From Acanthaster planci (Eukaryota): a stretch of 64,000 bases of DNA. The notes below the pieces were generated by a model. The model worked only from the letters and a program-made list of their open reading frames with translations. It was not told where the DNA came from and made no database searches. Of this stretch, positions 11,319-25,200 are shown one piece after another. The DNA lies in the NCBI RefSeq assembly GCF_001949145.1, contig NW_019091360.1:1485599-1549598 (forward strand). The letters are read 5' to 3'. The position numbers and the translations under genes are program-made. Position 1 is the first letter of the stretch. Each line of letters starts with the position of its first letter.

Positions 11319-13699
11319 TTTTGCACTCATCCGTTCTCGGACCTGCACGCAGCTAGCTGCACGCGCGCAGCAACGACGGTACGTGGATCCAACCGTAAAT
11401 CGCGCAGCGCGCCCTCTTGTGAGACCAGTACATTCTGGGTCCAGGGTATGCAGACTTGACAGGTGTAAACTGAGCTCGATATTATTTTCCTATCTCCGTG
11501 AAATAAACATAGAATTATTTCATCAGCTCTGGCCGAAAGTTTTTTTTTACACGTGACGTACAAACTTGACTTTCGGTTGCGCGTTCCGAAGTTTTGTGGT
11601 TGTATATTGTAGATCTAATGAAAAGAAAATTGAAACCCAGTCTGAATAAAACAAGATCCTCGATTTATTTTTTCAAACCGAATCATCTCTGAAAAAATCG
11701 ACGTCAAGCTCTGTAACATAGGCCTACGTCACAGGTGCTATTTTAAAAGATTATGATCGAATGAAGCCGGTCGAAAGCCACAAGAAGAAGATAGGGAACC
11801 GACTAAATATGCTTGGGGCGAAACAGAGCAAATACACGCCATGTCCCCCAAAAGGATGCAAGAAAATGTAGAGTTTGTGCCCTTAAAGTTTAATTACTAG
11901 AAGCCTAATCGAAAACAACAACAATATGCGTTTTCCGTCTTCAAAATGCAACCTCAAAGGAATTCCTGATAGCACTTTATGCTCTGGTGCATACTGAGGA
12001 GTGATTTTTTTTCCGAAAAGTGCCACCAACTTCACTTTTGAATCGAGGTGTGTTTACCGGGACCTATATCTGGATCGTCAAATTAAAAGCAAGATGAAAC
12101 AAAAACACTGGTTTACACTTTTATTTTTTAATGAGGATAGTACATTTCCTTGCAACATTTTCTGCGCTGCCTTGTAAAACATATGCAGGTGGATCGTCAG
12201 GGCTCAAATGAGGAAGCACATGCGTAGGCTGACAAAGCCTTGGCGCCACAAGCCGACCCTGACTCACTACGGTCCTCGATCTAGCCATGGAGCTACATGG
12301 AGTAGACACAGTGGCGTTGTTAGGCTCTTCTTGGGGGGTGTGAGAATCAAAAGTTTCCACCCTTGACGACGCGAGTGAGTTTGTATAATGGTCGGCTCTT
12401 TCAGAAACCTTCTGAAACAGGTCTTTATGTCCCCACATAAGTAACACATATCGACACACCACGGATGATGTGAAAACACCTCCCCCCATAAAAAATCCCA
12501 ATTTTCCAGAGGAGGGCAAGGGGAGTGGCAAGAGTTTTCACAGGGGACTGTTACCCCTGGCAGTGCCATTGAAATACACCCATACACTGTGGGCAGGATT
12601 AAGATAATTCACTTTCATTTTAGTCATCACTACAGCTGTCAGGATAACCTGTACAACTTCCTCTATCAACGATATAAAACTAACGGTTTTCAGCACTTTC
12701 ACAATAACAAAGAATACTGCAAAACGCTGGGCATTTTTTTTACCAATGCCGGGTACCAGGTGAATCGCCAACTATTGAGCAAGCAGATTACCCAACTGCG
12801 TTGATTTTCTCCTAATGGAAAAACTTGTCTCATTTTACCAAATTGTTGTACAAAATGTTATTCGCACTAAAACTTTTTCCCCGTTATTCTTTTTTTGCCC
12901 AACAGTTAAGCGATTCGCCTGGTACCTTGCTTTGGGCAAAAAGAAAAAGAAAAAAAATCCAGCATTTTAAACTGAAGTGCTGATATTTTCCGCCAGCAAA
13001 TTTCCAGATGTTTTGTCATCAAACCTCCCTCTTAAAAAGTAAAAGCGAATTTTAAAAAAGGTCAACGGAACTGTGCGTAAAGTCCTAACATTTAATTTTT
13101 TGACTGTTTATGACATTTTCTGACAATATAAGAATGGAGAGCAGAAGAAAAAACCCCACTGATTTCTTAGTAAATGTTCACAGAAAGGCAGTGATTGAGA
13201 ATTTGGGCATGGGGACACTCGCTAGGCGTTTTCCCAGGAGGGGTTGGGGGAGCAACTAACTGATAAACCACACAGTGGATAGGGATGTATTTTGATGTCT
13301 TTTCAAGCACATTGGCGAGTTTTTCCCTTCCCTCCTTCTTGGAGGGGGTGTTTCTTTCGGTGCCCACCCCGTTTTCCAGGGAGCATCTCCCCCGTGACCA
13401 AGTGGGGTGGAGTGGGCAATATACATACACCTTTTCTAGGGGAGGGCTCTATCACCTCCTCATATACCCCTAGCGACACCCCCTGGTTATAAAGGACAAG
13501 CTTGGCAGTGTTATTTCGGTCGGTCCAAAAAGTCCCTTCTTGATGCAGGCTCTAAATTAAAACGGCAATTTCTGTCAACGAAACCAGAAACGCGATGTTA
13601 TCTGGAAGACAAATAGAAAAGATTCATTGCTTCATTCAGTCACCCGATCTGCAAACGTCGTCGGTTATTGCTCAATCAAGTTTACGCATGTCACAATGT

Positions 13700-14075
13700 G
13701 CTCCGACCAATCCCAAACCGTGATACATTTCCCAACCATTGCTCCAGCCAATCCAGAGTCGCGATAGATTATCTGTGTGTTTATTGCACTGGATAACATC
13801 ATCGGTGTATTATTAGTAACAGAACAAGAAATCACCGGACATGATGCATGCGGCGTGTTTCCGCCCGATAAGGCCGCCTGGGATAGGGCGGTGTTCCCAG
13901 GCCGACATCAGTCGCCTGTACGCGCTGAAGATGACGACAATATCCATTTTCTTTTCGCAGGGGAATTTTCTGACGAGACCCTGTTGTAAACACATACCTT
14001 TAACCTCTCAGATACAGGGCCACTAGTGTTTCTTGACTATATAAACGAGAAGCTTTGTTTTAGACTGCCATTTAC
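13700..14075 (+). promoter_or_regulatory. Probable promoter of the GRASP/CYTIP-like gene (CCAAT boxes and TATA box)
   Basis: CCAAT at ~13707 and ~13748. TATATAAA at ~14038-14045, about 400 bp upstream of ATG 14446. Confidence 0.4.
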
Positions 14076-14445
14076 AAGCAGTTCCTGATTCTGTACGCAC
14101 AACAGCTCCACTCACCCCAAAACGGCCGATCTATATTCATTAAAAACAATTGCTGCCAGTTTACTGTCTGTGCTGGAAAATTTCTGCTTTTTACCATCAC
14201 ACAAACTTGGGCTGTATCAACCTTCAACTGAAGTCTAACCATTGAAATACCACGGATTTAGATCATCGAAAGCTTGACGGATTTGGATCACCCATGTCAA
14301 CAATGACCACATTATGGAACGGATGCCATGCGTTCGCATGAACCAAAAATATTGACAATTTCCTATAACGCTGGATAGATAGCTGTCATCTTCTGGTCGC
14401 TTCACACGAGCGATTTATTTGTAACTGACCACACACACGCTAATC

Positions 14446-17400
14446 ATGAGGACTTTGGATAGAAAAAAACCGAAGCTTAGCAAGAAAGAAGTGTTTCTTC
14501 CCGACTTAGGAGAGGTAAGTGTTTTACCGTCATTTTACTGGAAAGGGCGCTGCCGGTCCGAAAAATCAGAGGATTTTTTTTTTGTAAATTTGACAAAATG
14601 ATATCCATGCGTCTTAAAAATACATAATGTATCAGTGCAAACCAAGTCGCAAGGCGGTTTCAGACGAAAATTTCACGTCAGCTGAAACTTGTTGCTAGGA
14701 GGGGCGATAAAATTTACCAGCGCCCTTATTTGCTGAACCTCACGATGACCCATTCACGGGGATGCAATGTTGTGATTTGAAAAGTTTACAGTTTCTGACA
14801 CAGGGTACACAATAGCTCAATGGAATTGCCCCCCAATGGCAAGATGCGCTGTGAATATTTCATTTAATTTTAGTTTGGATCTCTGAAAGAGTTGTTGGTG
14901 AACGCCGACCCCAACTCCTTCTGTTGTTGGCTTTCAGGTGGCGTATGCCGTAGAACAAGACAGAGACATCTTCACACATGAGAAAGAAAACCCACGAAGG
15001 TAAATGACTGACTGAGCATAGGTGTTAACGTCCTTCGCAGACTAATTCAAATTTCGTGAGTAAATCCGAACCAAATCATAACATAAACCAAGCACACACT
15101 CAACCCAGTAATCACATATCTTAATTGGGTCAATTCGATTGGAACGAGTGACCACCAATTTTGAGTGTTGGTGTCAAACACGGTTCTAGATCCAGTGGTG
15201 CAGTTAATGGTGGAAGGGGGACGTGTCTACCCCGCTTATGTTCGTGACCCTGGGGGTCTCCAGGGGCCCCTGCCTATACTTGAAATCTTGAAATGGACGC
15301 AGCTCATGCACAAGCCGAAGTTCATTATTCTTCCTGTGCGAAAAACACTGTCCATACGGCCCCCCTCGAACTTTCGTCCCACTTACGCCACGGTTTAAAA
15401 CGAAATATTCTCCAAAATATATATTCTATGTATTTGAAAGGCAAATGAAAAAAAAACTAAAAGTGCAAAATAAACTCGTTTTGAAAATCAAGGAAAAGCC
15501 TATTTTAATTTGTCTTTGGAGCACGTCTAAAGGTTTCAGATACGGTTGTACTGGTCCCTGATCTCTCCCACGAGGCACGTACCAAGAGAGAGAGAGAGAG
15601 GGGAAAAAAAACGCTCAATTGACTAAGGGGGGGTTGTCAGAGATAATTACAGGGGAGCTCCAATATGCTAGTCTCTCCCACTAATGACGGATAACCGGGG
15701 CCTCTGTGAGCTGTTCGACATTATCAGATCAAAAGAATATGCTTGTTGGCACATTAAACATGTGACCGCCAATATACATGCCCGATGCCGTGGCTTGTCG
15801 TTACCTCCTCTTTACACGGATTCCTTCCGTTCAAAGGGGTCACCTACTACATTTAAGTGGAACTTGCAAGTTGTTCTGGAAATTTTTGTTCTAAGAGAAT
15901 TCAAAGGGGAACCCCAAAGAGTTTGCATTTGATGGAAATGTGATGGTCTGGGTTTTGCGAATCATAGGTCGGTTCTCGAAACTAGTCCAGTTAGACGCTT
16001 CCTTTGTTTTAAAGGAAAACAAATGGAGGAAGCATTGAAACGTTTAGCATTATACCGAACATGTTTCATATATTTCCGTTGCAGACGAACTATCATCATA
16101 GAAAAGTTACATGGCTCGTTTGGCTTTGATCTACAGGTAAGATTACATGAAATTCCTTTCTTTTTTTGCCTGCTAACTGTTGACTTCTGCTTACTTTTGA
16201 ATAATTTATTGCGTGTATCAAATATACCAGCGCTCTGCCATTTCTCTTTTGAGAATACACATAGGCCTACATGTTTTATTCTAACTGTGTTCATGGTTTC
16301 TTTGTTGTTATTTTATGACAACACCCTAACATTTTGACTGTGTTATTAGTAATGCTGTGAAAATTTCTGAGGTAGACACGTCGTGTCATCGTGTTTGATA
16401 CATACTCGACAGCCGCAGTTTCCGTGCGCAAATATCGCGTGAGGTTTTGCACTGCAATAACGTACAGAGAGCTTGTTTACAGAGCGTGTTTCCCCGTCTC
16501 TCGGGGTGAAAACCCGGGGGGGGGCACACTTGTTGATTTTCTTGGAGAGAAACCAAACACCCGTCTACAGCTTTGCACAGTCATGATTTTTCAACATGAA
16601 GGATACTTACTGCAGACGATCAGTTATGCAAATGTAACAAGGCAAATCGGTTGTTTCCTTGCTCTAAATCCGTCACTTTGTAACGAGGACACCTGCCCCC
16701 CCCCACCGTACACACCCAGCCGTTTTCCCGAATAACCAGAGTTACCGGTTTAAACAGAAGGGCTAGTAATTCACCAAAAGTGGGAAGTGGTAAACTTAGT
16801 GAACAAGTAAGTTGGAAATCAGCTCAGAGATTCCAGCTAACGATGTATTAGCCAAATCACTGTTCAACGATTGGTTTCAACAAAGCTAACAAGGTTTCAA
16901 CTTGATTTTCGACAATAGAAACCTTTTGTTGGAATATTTCAAGTGCTTCACTGCTGTTTGTTATGTTTTCGTTTTCCGTACTTCCACATGCAGATTACAA
17001 CACGTACACGTTGCCACGTCAATTAAAAAAAAGTCTGACTGATCCACCAGGAAACTGACATCAAAACGGGCAAACATTTGATTTCAATATCTCTGTTTCA
17101 CAAGCACACTCGCCGTAACTGAGTCATTGTATGGACGTATAAAATAAGGATATTTCCTCCACAGTCCTGGTGGTCAGTGACACAATTACACCCAAGTATT
17201 GCGTTTTCTCTCCAAGAAAACGTTGGGCAACGTGTGGATTATAAAACTTTAAGCGTTGTCGCCACCCGCGCGGCCTGCATTAAACTTTAGCCTTTTTTTG
17301 CGTTGGGGCATGGCGCCATCTCATTCTGCTAAGGTGTGTCATCTAATGAAATATCCGCCCCCTCCCACACTGTTTCCCCCCACCGTGGGCAACCACCTGA

Positions 17401-19286
17401 GCCACATGATATCCCCCAGTCTCCCATCGGCAGTACAGAAATAGTTCCAGCCGGTGACACGCTCAATTTCTTTCCCCCGTCGTCTGCAGACGTATGCCAT
17501 ACACCACCGCGGCAGTGACGAGGTTGAGGTCTGCACGTACGTGTGTGACGTGTTCAAGGACGGAGCGGCACACCTGGCGGGAATGAGAAAAGGTGAGATG
17601 CACCATGGGATAGGCGCACTGAAGGGCGCATGGGGAGTGGGGTACACGACCGAAGCTTCGTTGGAAAATCTGTAACTACCAGCTTTGGGACAATGTTACT
17701 GCAGTTGTTTAAGCAAATCGATTTTTACGTTTTATTCACTTACGGTCGAGCGTTGTATAACATGAATAGTGATAACTGTCAGTAGTTTTTTCAAGATGTA
17801 TTTTTGTCAGTATTGTCAATAGTTTTAATTATATTGAGCCAAACAAACGCCAACTGTTTTATTTTAACATCCATTGCCCTTGGACGAAAACACTTTAACG
17901 GAAACACTTTTGAAAACCAAACTAATTATTGCTTGCATCTATCAAGTGGCCGGAAATACTTGTTTACGTATTTGCAAACACTTTTTCCTAAAGCGAATGG
18001 TACGAGCGGTGTAATGCTAACCGTATCAGTGTAAATAAACAAACAAAACAAAACGTGCATGGCACGGACATCCGCAGGCAGGAGAAGATAATTAGCAAAA
18101 CAATTGATCGTTCCTAATATCACACCACGCGTAAACCACAACCTTAAATCGTTTCCGAGTCAAAAACATTTTACTTATTTTACCATAGCAACTTCCCCTC
18201 AGGCTTGCCGGATGAAAACCACAAAAAGTCATAAAGATACCGGGCAATGGGCGCTGTAGAGTATATTTCACTTATCAGGGTCATTTCAATCGGCTGGAGT
18301 ATAACGAAAGTCCAAACCGCAGCCATTTCGTTGCTTTGGCGACCCTCGGGCCGCAATGAATGTCTGTCACCGCCAGCGCATGGATTTCTATCTTTGGGGT
18401 TCAGTTTTTGTTTTGAAGTATTTGGATAAAAATTTTTTTAAATCATTTGTGTGCTTCCACAGGTGATATTATTTTGTCAGTCAATGGCATCAACGTAGAG
18501 GGCGCTAAACACCACCAGATTGTAGAGCTCATAAAGTTAACACCAAGCTCGTTACGGTAGGTTTATGTACAAAACATATACTCCATATTATCAAAGCGAT
18601 TCATCAGATATACCCATGACATCAGAAAGTTTCACGCTGAATATCTCAAATATTTAGAAATCACGATAGGCATTAATTACGTCAAGGTGTCACGGGGTTT
18701 GTTTATTATAATTACAGATTGGTAGTGCTGTTCGAAGACTGTGTGCGCAAAGTCGAACTCACCAAGAAGCTCGTCAAATTAAAGGTAAGAATGGTAATGC
18801 GCACACTTTCACAAGTCCACAAGTAATTTTGACGATTTTCGTGGCCAGGAATGTCTTAAAATTCACAATCTGCAAAACCGAAGTGTGTTACAACACCAAG
18901 AGCACTGAGACACTGATTCGCACATTGTAATGAGCGTGGTGTTCAGGTGACTCTTTAAGCTCTTGCGAAAAATGCCAATTTGTGTGTATTGTATTCTTTT
19001 TTTTTCATCTGCCCAGCGGACACTCTACGACAAGAAGCTAGCGTTCCGAGCCCTTCAGGCCCAGGAGAAGCGACTTCTTCTCGGCATGGACCGGTACGAC
19101 CGAGGCCTTACCCCGTCCCACTCCCAGGACAGCGGCATCTGCTCGTCCTCTTCCTGCACGAACTCGTCCTTGCTGACTTGCAGCAGCAAGTCACACTCCA
19201 TGAGCTCGCTCAGCTCGGGTGGCTTCTCTCTCTCCATGATTCCCGGCAACGAGAGCCTGGAGGAGATCTCCATATTGGACATCTGA
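14446..19286 (+). CDS. GRASP: GRASP/tamalin - cytohesin-interacting protein (CYTIP) family PDZ + coiled-coil scaffold, 238 aa
   Basis: Exons, all GT-AG and in phase: 14446-14514, 14938-14999, 16085-16136 (RTIIIEKLHGSFGFDLQ), 17490-17592 (TYAIHHRG...CTYVCDV...AHLAGMRK), 18463-18556 (GDIILSVNGINVEG..HHQIVELIK), 18718-18784 (LVVLFEDCVRKVEL), 19017-19286 (RTLYDKK...LQAQEKRLLLG...ILDI*). The PDZ and leucine-zipper segment resemble GRASP/CYTIP. The first two exons are less certain, and GRASP versus CYTIP orthology is unresolved. Confidence 0.88.
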
Positions 19287-22200
19287 GCAGACATGTCGCG
19301 GCGTCTGATTGGCAGAGAGTGACTGTTTCACGCAAGTCGCCGTAGAATGGATGCTTTGGCACACGGCCTGTGATTGGCGGAGACGGAGCCATCTCGCAAC
19401 GATTTTTGGCTCAGCGCGTCTGATTGGACGAAGACCGTGCGCATAACAATTGAGAAAGCTGGTTCCCTGCGTGCGATTGGTGAGAAGTTCGTCGATGCTA
19501 AAACTGCATCACACCGTTTCTGACAAACTGCACTGATAATAGAATGATCCTCAAGACAATGTAAAACTGCGCATGATCGCAAAAATTAGATATAGCTTGC
19601 AATTATGTCGTGGTGAAGTCCAAGGACAGAATGTCCAACTTCGGTCCCCCAAACCCGGTACCTGTTTCTACCCTGAAAACGCAAATCTGAAAAGGCGGGA
19701 ATAAATTCACAGTTGGCTATGCAAGGTGGGCACTCCCGCTAGAAGCAAATTTATACGGGGGTATCAAACATAGCCAGACTTTGAAAAACAAAGCTGCAGT
19801 TAATTTAACCGTGCAATAAACACGACCAATAAAAATTTTATCTTGTCTGGGTTTCACAATGAGGAAAAGTCCCGTGCGAATACACCGGCTATATACGTCA
19901 AGGGCAATTATAGGGTCAAACATGCGCCGGGAACATCAACTCAAGGAAGGAAGAGGGCTGACGTATTGCTTCTTTATTTCTGGGCTGAACTTCCTGAAAA
20001 AATTGTTGATCTGAGTGGAGCGGGACTTTCGAGAGGAATTGAAAGAGAAAAAGCTGCCAGCCGGTCACCAAATGCCCTTGGAGTATCCAGACAGATAATA
20101 CGATCTAACTAGAACCAGTTATTATTAAACTTCAGTGGAAAGGGGTCGTGGTATCGCCGACCTTTTAAAATGCCACCGAAATGCTTGCTCTTAAGGTTAT
20201 CGGAGGCAGGATTACACTTTCCTCCTTTCCCAGACGTTAAATAACTTTTTCCCCGAGAATAATGATCGGGGTCAGCTGAACTGTCTGTTTGATATTTTAA
20301 GTAATTCCTTGGTCACTTCGCTGTCATTAATGCTCTGATTCGATTCTTGTATTGCAGAGGTATGTTCCGTAAAAATTCACTTAATTTCAAAAGAGAACAG
20401 GGTATGATTGTAACAGGAGATCAGACGTGTTACCTGGCACCAATCAAAGAATCTGTGCATTTTCCTGGGTAAGGTTTTAATACATGCACATGCCCTTGAA
20501 CTATTGGGAACCAGACCTTCTTCAACAAGATTTAGGGCCACACGAAGTCTTTTGCTGCAGGCATATGCACGAACCAGAACGCCCGTTGGGACGAGAGAGG
20601 TTATAGTTTCTACACCCCTAAACAATATTTCAGTCCCGGCCCGATTTACTCTCTGAGTGATATCGATACCTAACACGTGACGCGCGACTCCAAGACTCAG
20701 TTTCGATCAATGAGGTCATCGTATCGGAAGCAAGCTGGGACCATTACAACAGAATCACGTGCCGTCTCGAAAACTAGCATATCGAACTGTTTCTTTGACA
20801 CGAAGATCTGCGATTTCGCAATCGAATGTATTGGAAAATTCCTCAAACATCTTTTCCGGGTGTGCAACACCTGGCAGATTCTAAAACCACAAATGCACTG
20901 CAGCACATAATGTGATATGTCTCAGCAATCCAGGTTTCGAACTGTGAGTCGGTCGAAAAACCTATGTGCAATATTTACTGATCGTATTGCGATACTTGTT
21001 TTTCCTTCAGTTGTTTTGCAACCATACAGCTTCTGGTTACGATCTCTTACAGTTACAAGCAAACTAGAGCTTCGCAGCAAATCAGGAAAAAGCACGACCG
21101 TGATAGTCGTCTGAACACTGCGTAGAAAGCTCCAAAAAGATTATGCCAAAATAAACAAACACAAATGACTGCAAGGTGACACAAAACTCGGGCTCGATGG
21201 ATCGAAAACAAGTATCGATTTGATTTGATGCAAGAACTTCAAAGTGTGTTAGAGAAAATTTACCTACTGAATAAAGCCAGCTCGTTATTCGATAATAATG
21301 TAAATATTTAACTTTAAATATGTTATTTAAATTAAATGGAATGAAATAAAATATTAGATTAATAAATTCATTCTACCGATGTGCCACTTTGTACTGTTGT
21401 TAACATATTCGAAATTCACCAGTTAAATCTCCATATTCAGTTCTCTTTCCAAGTTGCAATCCGCTCCTTCTGTTCCAAGCCAGAAAATAGACTCAAAACA
21501 TTCAGAGCGGTCCAAATCATGATTTCATGCCGACAAATTCTCGGCAATTGGAATATTTTGTAGTCCAAAGACTGGAGGATACAGATTGAATGGTGAAAAC
21601 CAGCAAAACTATCAGCATGTATTTCTGGGAAAATTTGTATAAAACGGAATCCTTCGAATGGCTCTCTTTTTGAAATGGAATGAATGCATCGATTTCAAAA
21701 TGGCAATGGTTTCAAAACTTTTTTAGAGGGCGTGTTCCTCTCAGGATGGTAAATGTCAACAGTTACAGAACAGGTAACCTTCCAAAAAACGAAAGGAACA
21801 TGAGAGTTGACTAAATAAGCTTAAATGTGATGTGTCCCTTAAATATCTGGGAAACTTGTATTTTGCCAAACATTTGAGGGCAAATTCACTTGTCACTATA
21901 TTATCTATGGCAGCTTAAAAACCCAATTACAACCATTAGCATTCCAGTCAGGTTCTTCACCCTAATCGAGACACTACACATTATTAAGCGAAGGCCGAGG
22001 CTAAACTTAAGACCTGATCTCACGCATGCCAGGGTTTTTTTTTCAACTTCCAGCTTCGTTCCATCGTCGGTTTCAGATTTTAGTTTCGTGGGTGTATGCT
22101 CGATCCGAGTCCTTCAAGCTAAATGCAGCTCTCTTTTCTGCAAGCGAGATATCAATTTTTAAAAAGTGGAACAAAGTTTAGATGTTTGAATCCGACTGCA

Positions 22201-25200
22201 TGGGTTGAGACATAAAGCAAACAGATATTTGACATTTGGGAAAGGACCCAGATCTGAGACTGAATCTGCCTTGACCAGAAGCACCCCCTCATTCATTCCA
22301 AAGAGCCATGTTGGCGGGGAGTGTTTATCTTGTTGGTGGCGACGCGACCGTAACGTGTGCGTTTCACAGTCTTTGTGCAGACCAAATTTCTACTTGGGGT
22401 CCATTTGAAATATGAACATCAACAGCGCGCGAGAGGACATCAAAGCTACCTGCTCCGCTCTGGATATGAAACGGTGCATGGGTCACAAAAAACGGCCATA
22501 TTGCAACAACAGAAAATACAGCATGTGTCGATAAACCGTGCTCACAGTAAAAAATATGTTTATAAATGCATCGCCGACGTTCATCGTAGAGCAGCATTAT
22601 TCTGGCCATGGACTGCGAACGCATTGTTCTGATCCACTCCGTCCGTGACTCACATCGCGACACCCGAGGGACACACTGAGTCACTCCTGGAACCGTTGCA
22701 ATAATAGGGTCAGAACGGGAGGGGGGAAACGGGTGTCGCGACAGGCGAAGGCATGCAAAGGCCACCTGACGCCGCCGAGATCTTCCGGGAGTAATTAAAA
22801 AGACGAGAAGGGAAAGTTATCCACAGGGCTACAAGAAAAAAAATTATATGCATGCAGAAAGCAGAAGACCACATGGGTAATGTACACTGTACAATGTTGG
22901 GTGCGCGCGCAAGTGTAAACTGTGACTTTGATTCAAGTTGGAGTCTTCCGGGAAATTGATCCAATGCACTTTTACCGTTTGATATTCGTCGTCTGTCGTA
23001 CGGTTTCAACGGATGCCCAATCAAATTCAACCCAAGAACCCCGCACTGTTGTCGAAGGACGTTCGATGCTGTTTCGCTAACACCGACTGTCTTATCAAAG
23101 GAAAGCAAATTCGTCTTTTACACACAGTTTAATAGTCAGTTTGTTCAATATTATTTTTTGCAAGACTTCATTGTGACATATGCATCCTCGCCAAAGGTCG
23201 TGAAAAATAGGATCGGCAGATGCGATTTGATTATGTTTGGCATTAACTAAAGCTGAAAAATAAGCTTTGCATCAAAATATTTGTATTGTTTAAAGCCTTA
23301 CAGTCTGGCTCTATAGACTTTAAAGGCGCCTTTCCATATGTAAGTTTTTTGGGTGCGTTGCGTACACGATGTGTTCATGCGTTTCACTTTCACAGACACA
23401 AAAATCTACTCCATCAACGTAACACACGTGTGCGTTGCGTTGTAGCACACGTGTACATTGCGTCCGGCCGTCAAGATCACCCTGGAAGGATTTTGACGGA
23501 TATGGTTCGTAAGTGTGACGTCACTTCAGTTCAAACCACGCCCACTGCGCATAGAATACCAGAAGTTTACGCGCAACTTGTCGGTGCATCCAATGGGAGC
23601 GTCTAATTCGCGGTGCGTGCGCGTGTACGAAGTCACGAACCAGACAGTGCAAACGAATGGAGTGCGTGCGCGTTGGTTCACGCACACTAATTAAGCGCGT
23701 GTCGTATTCACTTCGGTACCTGTCCACAAGCGTTTGTGCCGCCACAGTAAAGGCTTTAATTCTGGTTGTCTATTATGACACTTTATTTTTCAATCTTGAC
23801 GAATTTCGTCGCGAACTGGCGTCATGATGTCAAATTCGCACTGGCTTTGGCGCCAAGCGCGAAGAAAGGTCTCAACCCACACGCGGCCGCACCGGTGCCC
23901 ACACGCGGCTGCACCGGTGCCCGCGTGAGTGAAGGGAAGAAGTCTGAACAGGTGACGAGAGGCGCTTGTGACATGTGCGACACAAGGGGCCTGTACTTCG
24001 ACCGACAGTGAGTAATTGATTAAACCTCCCCCCCCTTCTGTAGCGGAAATGGTTTGATTTTTCAAAGGAGCCGGGGGACAGTTAGAAAACACAAAGATAC
24101 AGGGGGTCTGGGAAGGGTTCAGAAGAGGACAAGGGGTCATGACAACGCCTTGGGGAGGAGATTGGAGGAAACATTTAACCGCTTTTCTCTCGCTCTCGAC
24201 TCCACTTCCAGCGAGTCTTACACTAGGATGTCCAACAAAAATTTAGCGAGCGAAGACTGTCCATTTCAACCACTTTTAGCCACATCTAGAGTATGCCCTA
24301 TAGACACAATCAAGATTGAATCTAGGCCACTTTCTAGACTGATCACGAAACCAAATTGAAATTCAGTCACCGAATGCGCATTTCATCTTTTCAACTGATT
24401 CAAATAATATGCGGACAGCACTATGCTGCGAAACATGCAGGGCAAAAACCCCTTTTACAGAAAAGTGGCATAAACTCAATTTTGAGTGCTTGTGTTCACT
24501 GGGGCTTATCTCCAGACCGCGAAAAGAAAACAAGGCGAATTAAAAAGTATCAAGCTAAAAGTGTTCACACTTTAAAACTATGTAAGTTAGTTATCCATGT
24601 TTGAAAGTGGACAACATTAACTTGAACCCCACACAAGGACTGCAAATCTCAAACTTATTTCCTTTGCAGTGACATCAGTGGCATGGGGGTAGGGTTGCAA
24701 AATCAATCAGCCCTTTCGGCATGGACGTCCTGCATGGATCACACCAATACTCGCTATTCGGGCAACGAGGATGTCACAATTTCCACTTGGCAAAGATAGG
24801 TTGTTCTCAATTTTCGTCTACCCTGCCTAGTTTGAGGTCTTTTTTGTAGTCTTTACAAATCACTCAAATTGAACTGATGTGACATTTCACCTTTCTTTTT
24901 AAATATTCCCTCGTCGCGTCAAGAAAATGATAATATTCCTGCTATTTACAAACCAATACTTCACGTTTCAAATATCGAATTTGACAACTGTTTTAATGTA
25001 ATCGTGTTAATTTTAAAACACTATTACTTTTAATGTTATAATTTCCACGACTCCTGATGAGCACTACTTTGTCATGAAATTTGAGTAAGGAAGTGTATGG
25101 CATTGTGGGTAGGTTATGATCGATTCAGTGCTCATATACTCTAAACATTTTATGTATACTTGTTCTAGGTTAACCAGTTAACGAACACAGTATTCAATGA

